Part shown: positions 53,199-64,000 of the stretch, piece after piece
How positions within the stretch are numbered: position 1 is the stretch's first letter
Layout of the letters: each line of letters starts with the position of its first letter
Source: the human T2T-CHM13v2.0 reference genome, Homo sapiens
Length of the DNA: 64,000 nucleotides
Direction: 5' to 3' (one strand)
Assembly: GCF_009914755.1 (NCBI RefSeq)
Contig: NC_060946.1
Notes under the pieces: model-generated
Seen by the model: the letters and a program-made list of their open reading frames with translations, nothing else
Databases searched by the model: none
What the model was told of the DNA's origin: nothing
Translations under genes and position numbers: made by a program

Positions 53199-53859
53199 GA
53201 GGTTTATTCTTTGATGAAACAAATTCTTGAGTAAATATAATTCTGGAAGAGATTAAAACCCTTCCAAAGTGGATTAGGAGATAATAACTAACTAACTTTC
53301 CAGTGTTTAGGATGGTGCCTAGCATATACTAAATGCTTATAATGCATCGTCTCTTTGAATCTTAACCTTTAGAGATACCATTATCCAACTTTACAGATGA
53401 GGAAATAAGTGATTATATATAACCCCTGGGTTACCCAGCTTACCAGTGGCAGAGTTGAAAATAGGGAGTTTCAGTCTAGAAAATGCTCTTAATTCCCATA
53501 ATAAGGGCAAGAGAATCTCGATATGTGATGGTGTGTCCTTGTTTAACATTTATAAGATGGTGTAGCAAATAGTGGTTAGGGTTCTAGCTCTTCCACTTAC
53601 TAGCTGTGATATTGGTCAGTTAGGCTCAAGAATCTGTCTCAGAAAGACAGTAACTGCTCAAATTATAGCTTATATCACTTATGGCAGTCCAGAATTAAAG
53701 CAGGCAGTAATTAAGGTGGAAAAGCCTTCAGTCACTTTAAAAAGCGTTAGGCTCACTTCAGTTGGATTAACTCCTACCACAGCACACAGATAAACATCTG
53801 GAGAGAAAACAAGACTTACGGCCCTAGAAGAAATCAAACAAGGATGCTGCATTGTACCT

Positions 53860-53865
53860 TTTAAT
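53860..53865 (-). terminator. XBP1: XBP1 poly(A) signal ATTAAA
   Basis: Minus strand GCAATTAAAAGGTACAATGCAGC followed by U/GU-rich CTTGTTTGATTTC. Confidence 0.75.
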
Positions 53866-54462
53866 TGCATGGGTAGTTTTAAATAAATGGAGAAAGCACC
53901 TTTCAGAAGCTACACTAGCAGGAAAAAATTCCATCAAGCATTTACATAGTAAATTTCTATAATTTCACAAAAGATTCTTGATCTTACTTGAAGTATACAT
54001 GAGGGAAAGAGCCCCCTCAGCAGGTGTTCCCGTTGCTTACAGAAGCAAACTAAAGGACCTAAAACTGGAGGCAAGCCAGGATGCCAAAAAGGGGGAAGAG
54101 AAATGATAAAGAACCATTCATAAATTCCATGTCTACTTCAAGACATTTGTCTAATGACCCTTACATAATAAGTATTTTAGGGAAAACTACCACCCTTTTA
54201 AGATAAAAGTACAATCTTAAAAGCTGTAGTTCTCAATTATAGTAATATTTCTTACTTCCAGTAATATGTCTCAATACCTTGGACTGCTGGATGTCAAAAG
54301 ACAATACCTGGGGGTCATCTATGAGATCTGAACAAATAGAGGAATTCTCTAGGACTGTATACTCTCTATTTTGGCTTTTTGAATGAAGTACAGACAGGCT
54401 TCTCTGCTATCCTCCAGGCAGTGTAATAGTCAAGGAAAAGGGCAACAGTATTGGATCATTCC

Positions 54463-55020
54463 TTAGACACTAATCAGCTGGGGAAAGAGTTCATTGGCAA
54501 AAGTGTCCTCCCAAGAATGGTTTACACCAAGCAGAGAGGACATGTCACTGAATGGGGAAAGGGAACCCCCGTATCCACAGTCACTGTAAGCATCCAGTAG
54601 GCAGGAAGATGGCTTTGGGCAGTGGCTGGATGAAAGCAGATTTGAGATACCCAGCTCCGGAACGAGGTCATCTTCTACAGGTTCTTCCTTCACTGAGACA
54701 ATGAATTCAGGGTGATCATTCTCTGAGGGGCTGAGAGGTGCTTCCTCGATTTTCACTACCACATTAGCTTGGCTCTCTGTCTCAGAGGGTATCTCTAAGA
54801 CTAGGGGCTTGGTATATATGTGGTCAAAACGAATTAGTTCATTAATGGCTTCCAGCTTGGCTGATGACGTCCCCACTGACAGAGAAAGGGAGGCTGGTAA
54901 GGAACTGGGTCCTTCTGGGTAGACCTCTGGGAGCTCCTCCAGGCTGGCAGGCTCTGGGGAAGGGCATTTGAAGAACATGACTGGGTCCAAGTTGTCCAGA
55001 ATGCCCAACAGGATATCAGA
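54463..55020 (-). CDS. XBP1: XBP1 exon 5: XBP1s transactivation-domain frame (stop 54463); overlapping XBP1u frame stops at 54834
   Basis: TTACAG acceptor; [13 protein letters not shown]...ELFPQLISV (s frame) and LISCWAFW...WKPLMN (u frame); totals 1131 nt (376 aa) and 786 nt (261 aa). Confidence 0.98.
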   Translation of the reverse strand, partial: SDILLGILDNLDPVMFFKCPSPEPASLEELPEVYPEGPSSLPASLSLSVGTSSAKLEAINELIRFDHIYTKPLVLEIPSETESQANVVVKIEEAPLSPSENDHPEFIVSVKEEPVEDDLVPELGISNLLSSSHCPKPSSCLLDAYSDCGYGGSLSPFSDMSSLLGVNHSWEDTFANELFPQLISV

Positions 55021-55334
55021 CTGTAAGAGGCAAAAATTAAATGAAGTACAACTGTCAGAATACAATGGAAAATCTAACTGGAACACTTTGTACTGGGTTC
55101 CATAATGTAAATTAGTCATTATGTGATAAGATGACCTCGGGACCCACCAGACCCATTTATCTACACTTCACTCCATGTCCTATATTACCTGGAACTAGGA
55201 AGGTAGTTGATGTTCACCTCCAACCCCACCAAAAACTAACTTCAACCCTCATCTGTCTAGTTAGGGATGTCAAGCATCAAACAGATGGAATTAACTGGTT
55301 ATATAGCTCTTTAATAAGTCAGAATGATCCCTAC

Positions 55335-55480
55335 CTCTGAATCTGAAGAGTCAATACCGCCAGAATCCATGGGGAGATGTTCTGGAGGGGTGACAACTGG
55401 GCCTGCACCTGCTGCAGAGGTGCACGTAGTCTGAGTGCTGCGGACTCAGCAGACCCGGCCACTGGCCTCACTTCATTCCC
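55335..55480 (-). CDS. XBP1: XBP1 exon 4, containing the IRE1 intron
   Basis: CCCAG acceptor; GNEVRPVAGSAESAALRLRAPL...LQIQ; GTAGGG donor. Confidence 0.98.
55415..55440 (-). other. XBP1: 26-nt unconventional intron cleaved by IRE1 and ligated by RTCB
   Basis: CAGCACTCAGACTACGTGCACCTCTG between hairpins CTGAGT-CCGCAGC-ACTCAG and TGCACCT-CTGCAGC-AGGTGCA. Confidence 0.98.
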
Positions 55481-56364
55481 CTGGGAGGAAAGACCAAAGT
55501 GAATAAACAGCTTCAAGTGCCCAAGGAAATGCTTGCTAGACAGCTGTGATTCTCAACTTTAAAGAATTACTTTTCAAAAAGATTCTAGGGTTAAATTGCT
55601 ATAGAACTTTATTATCTAACAACATTATTATTATTGAGAAGAGCAAGATAAGATATTTGCCAGTTCTGCTTGAATCTTTGCCTGGAGGAGGAAAAATGTT
55701 TCATTGTGCAGGAAATGTATAAGGAAGCCTTACCTCCCTTTTCTCATCTCTTGAGGACTTAAAAGTGGAAATAACAATGGTTAGGGAAAGATTTCAGCTG
55801 TAAAGAATGGTTTTCTAGTTTTCTTGAAATTTGTCCTGAACATTACCTTCACAGAGTAAAACTGTGCTACTGTCAATCTTAGACCATTTGATTGTTGTCA
55901 CTGAATTTGCCATAATCTGTAGACTAAAACTCACATACCACCCTTCTCTTACCACAGAGGTATCACTATCACAAAGAATCCTTTCCCTACTCATTCATAT
56001 TCATCAAAGAACTACTTTAATTTTAGTAGCGTTCAAAATCTGGTTTGAGTGGCTCTCTTACTTTGGTTCTCCTTAATGATTGCATGGTAATCTTGTTGGC
56101 TACTGCATTTGTTAGTACTTGTTCTTAGGGAGCCATGTAACTTGTTTTCATTATTAGATCTTAGTACTGTTCACTACACACTTAAAAAATGAGTGTCAAG
56201 TGCCTTTAGGGGAAGAACACTCTGCCTGCATGAAAATGTCTTAAAACTGAAGGAAAATTTCAAGAACGCTCTTGATCAGAAGTCCAGACTGTAAACATAA
56301 TCGCTGGGTCATGTCACTTGGAACCAGTACTCACATGAGGCACCAAATAAAGGAGATGATTTAC

Positions 56365-56493
56365 CTTGGCTTCCGCCTCCTCTTCAGCAACCAGGGCATC
56401 CATCCCCAAGCGCTGTCTTAACTCCTGGTTCTCAACTACAAGGCCATGAGTTTTCTCTCGTAAAAGCTGATTTTCTAGCAAAAGTTTTTGGTT
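56365..56493 (-). CDS. XBP1: XBP1 exon 3 (leucine zipper)
   Basis: TTCCAG acceptor; NQKLLLENQLLREK...EEEAEAK; GTAAAT donor. Confidence 0.98.
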
Positions 56494-56782
56494 CTGGAAG
56501 AAAGTTCATAAGAGGCTATTAAAACATCTAATTATTTCAGTTAAGAATCTACCTGATTCAGTATAATTGGTTTCCTTTCCTTCTTGAACTTTTGGAAAAC
56601 TCTATGCTTGTGGTGTTCATAGTAGGTTTTAAAAAGCTAGGCCATAATTATGGAAAAGCAAGCTACTTAATAAGTGCCACTTCATGGGGTCAAGAATAAC
56701 ACACTGCTTCCAACTACTAATACTGACTTCAGCAAAGGGTGACTTGTGGCTTTAATGTAGATATAATTTTTTTTTTAAACTA

Positions 56783-58220
<1,438 letters not shown>

Positions 58221-58356
58221 TAGTTTAACTTTTAATCATATATTCAATTGTATTCTAATAGGGGCTGAAACAACTTGGGATGGGAAGCAAATATCAGAAC
58301 ATTCACCAAGGAAGGGTATACAATGGATAAAAGAGTTTGACCTTAAGTAGTTTTAC

Positions 58357-58453
58357 CTCTTCTTCTAAATCTACCACTTGCTGTTCCAGCTCACTCATTC
58401 GAGCCTTCTTTCGATCTCTGGCAGTCTGAGCTGCTACTCTGTTTTTCAGTTTC
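58357..58453 (-). CDS. XBP1: XBP1 exon 2 (bZIP basic region)
   Basis: TTCCTAG acceptor; KLKNRVAAQTARDRKKARMSELEQQVVDLEEE; GTAAAA donor. Confidence 0.98.
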
Positions 58454-59597
58454 CTAGGAAGAGAAGGAACATACCACACTGAGTCATATCAAACCTTATT
58501 TATGTCTTTATTTGAAAACTTTACCAGCTGGTGCTTTCATTTTTATTTACAGTATAAGACAGACTAATGATAAAATACACTTCAGGCTCCTCCCCTCAAT
58601 AAAACAAAATAAAAAATACAGTCTTCTGTCAATCTAGCTCGAAGACCTGCTTTATTCTCTCCTATATTGCATCATCCGTCCACCTCAGACTCATCCCCGT
58701 CACAGCACTGGGGCTGGACACACACACTATTCATCTTGCATCATAAGGAACTTTCCTCTTTCCCCATCTATTCCCCCGCTGCTTCCTGTCTCCAGTTCTC
58801 TTAAACAGGATCCAACCTGGCCTCATTAATCTAGTGAAGGCTGCAATCTTGCTATGACATCAACCCTCCGTCCCCCAGTCCAATTTAGAAAAGGGAGAGG
58901 CTGATGCCACTCCCTGATCTCTAGTGTTGAGATCCTAGGCAGTGACCTGCTGATGGGTCCGTGTCTGTTGGAGGAGACACTTTTTTTTTTAAAAGAATTA
59001 ACTCAGAAGAGACACTTCATAAATCACAGAAGGCACAATGATCACAAAAGAGTGAACATTTACGGAGGACTAAGTGCTAGGCACATTATATCCAAGTCTC
59101 AATCTCCCCAAAGACCTCATGAAGTAGGTTCCATTTTAAGAACGCAGATACTGAGCTAGACCAGTGAGCCTCGCAGAATTCCCAGCCCTTTCAACAGCTC
59201 TGTTATTTCAGCTCCGCGCCTCTCCAGAAATAGCAGTAAACCAAAACAGATTATTCGACCTCATGTCCGAGTTAAGAGGCTGAACCACCAGTCTGCGGCC
59301 ACACAGCAAGAGGGCCTGGAAGACAGGTGCCCGCATCCCCAGCTCTGGTCATCTCTAACGAGAGAGTTAAAAAGTACAGAAAAGAGCCCTGGGCCGCCCT
59401 AGGTTCCCAGCGTGGCGGATCCGGTCAGTCCGGGCTTCCTGCCCCGCCCCGCGCCACGCTGGCACCGACCCGCCAGGCCAAAGGCGACGGAGCCCTGCGG
59501 GGCGGCCAGTGCTGGGTCCCCGCTCCCAGCCCCTGCCCCTGCCCCTGTCCCTAGTCCCGGCTTCAGATCTGGCCCCAGACCCCGGCCCCTCGCCCAC

Positions 59598-59824
59598 CTC
59601 CTCAGCGCCTTCTCCTCGGGGCTCAGGTGCGTGAGGCGCTGTCGCTTGCGCGCCTGGGGCAGCCCCCCGCTCGCTGCCTCCGGGCTGGCCCCTCTCTGGG
59701 CTGGCACCATGAGCGGCAGGGCCTGGCCGGCCGGGGCTCCGGCGGCGGAGGCGGGCTGCCCCGACAGAAGCAGAACTTTAGGGGTCCCGTCGGCCGGGTT
59801 CGGCGTGGCTGCCACCACCACCAT
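59598..59824 (-). CDS. XBP1: XBP1 exon 1 coding part
   Basis: MVVVAATPNPADGTPKVLLL...EEKALR; GTGGGC donor at 59597. Confidence 0.98.
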
Positions 59825-59902
59825 AGCTCCAGACTACGCACCGCGCACCGCGCGCCGCAGCCGCCCAGCGCCCAGCCTCGCCGCGCCCGGCCTTTCTACG
59901 GT

Positions 59903-59921
59903 CGTGGCCCTCCGCGATTGG
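59903..59921 (-). promoter_or_regulatory. XBP1: ER stress response element (ERSE; NF-Y plus ATF6)
   Basis: CCAAT-CGCGGAGGG-CCACG, an exact CCAAT-N9-CCACG match; adjacent TGCGTCA (59933-59939) and second CCAAT (59958-59962). Confidence 0.95.
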
Positions 59922-60304
59922 CCAGCGTCGCGTGACGCACGGCCGAGCTCGGCGTCCATTGGTCCGGCCTGCCCGGCGGGGCGTTTCAGGACCGTGGCTA
60001 TGGAGTCCGGCGTGGCAGCGGCAATCCCTGGCCAAAGGTACTTGGGGTCATTTTCCGCGGGGGGTTACCTGCGGGAGCGTGTCCTCCACAAACGGATTTT
60101 CCCCCCTTAAGCGGACTTATTTCCATCCGGAGTGACAGAATTTAATTCCAAACCCAGAGCTTTCCAGACTGACGAATTTTTACCGGGACTAACAGAGAAT
60201 TACCTCAGCCTGACAACATTTTATCTCGTGCGCCACTTCGGGATCCGAGTGGAGCCGAAAGTCGAGATAGAGCGCAGTTGGGCCTTGGGTTCGAAAAGAC
60301 TGGA

Positions 60305-64000
<3,696 letters not shown>

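Noticed and set aside
55021-55119. N-terminal part of ORF 54463..55119
   Set aside because: Intronic read-through; the exon begins at the acceptor at 55020
59944-59962. Second CCAAT in the XBP1 promoter as another ERSE
   Set aside because: The sequence 9 nt downstream is GCTCG, not CCACG
59412-60110. 232-aa plus-strand ORF antisense to XBP1 exon 1, and the 201-aa minus ORF at 32163-32768
   Set aside because: Both appear to use non-ATG starts, and stop codons are scarce in GC-rich CpG islands; the products are low-complexity Pro/Arg/Ala/Gly

Overview
This is human genomic DNA, recognisable as the chr22q12.1 CHEK2-HSCB-CCDC117-XBP1 locus. Left to right: the non-coding first exon of CHEK2 (- strand) shares a ~260-bp bidirectional CpG-island promoter with HSCB (+, 6 coding exons, 235 aa). 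An Alu-dense intergenic block holds two sense-oriented solo LTRs (LTR17/HERV-W and LTR12/ERV9). CCDC117 follows (+, 5 coding exons, 279 aa, ~3-kb 3'UTR), then XBP1 (-, 5 exons), convergent with CCDC117. XBP1 carries the 26-nt IRE1-cleaved intron (55415-55440) that switches XBP1u (261 aa) to XBP1s (376 aa). I reconstructed all exon boundaries by hand from GT/AG sites, and they sum to complete frames. Most ORF-track entries are Alu-derived and not genes. The striking mechanism here (IRE1/XBP1 splicing, dual coding, arrest peptide, ERSE) is already well described, and I cannot demonstrate a new system from sequence alone. The best leads are: a UPRE at the CCDC117 start; possible CCDC117-HCFC1R1 homology; adjacency of two Fe-S/CIA-linked genes; an Alu target-site duplication that copied the HSCB poly(A) signal; two LTRs with intact promoters and decayed poly(A) signals pointing at CCDC117; and an apparently variant XBP1 haplotype. 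Repeat family names, reference proteins and SNP identities are from memory, not from a search.
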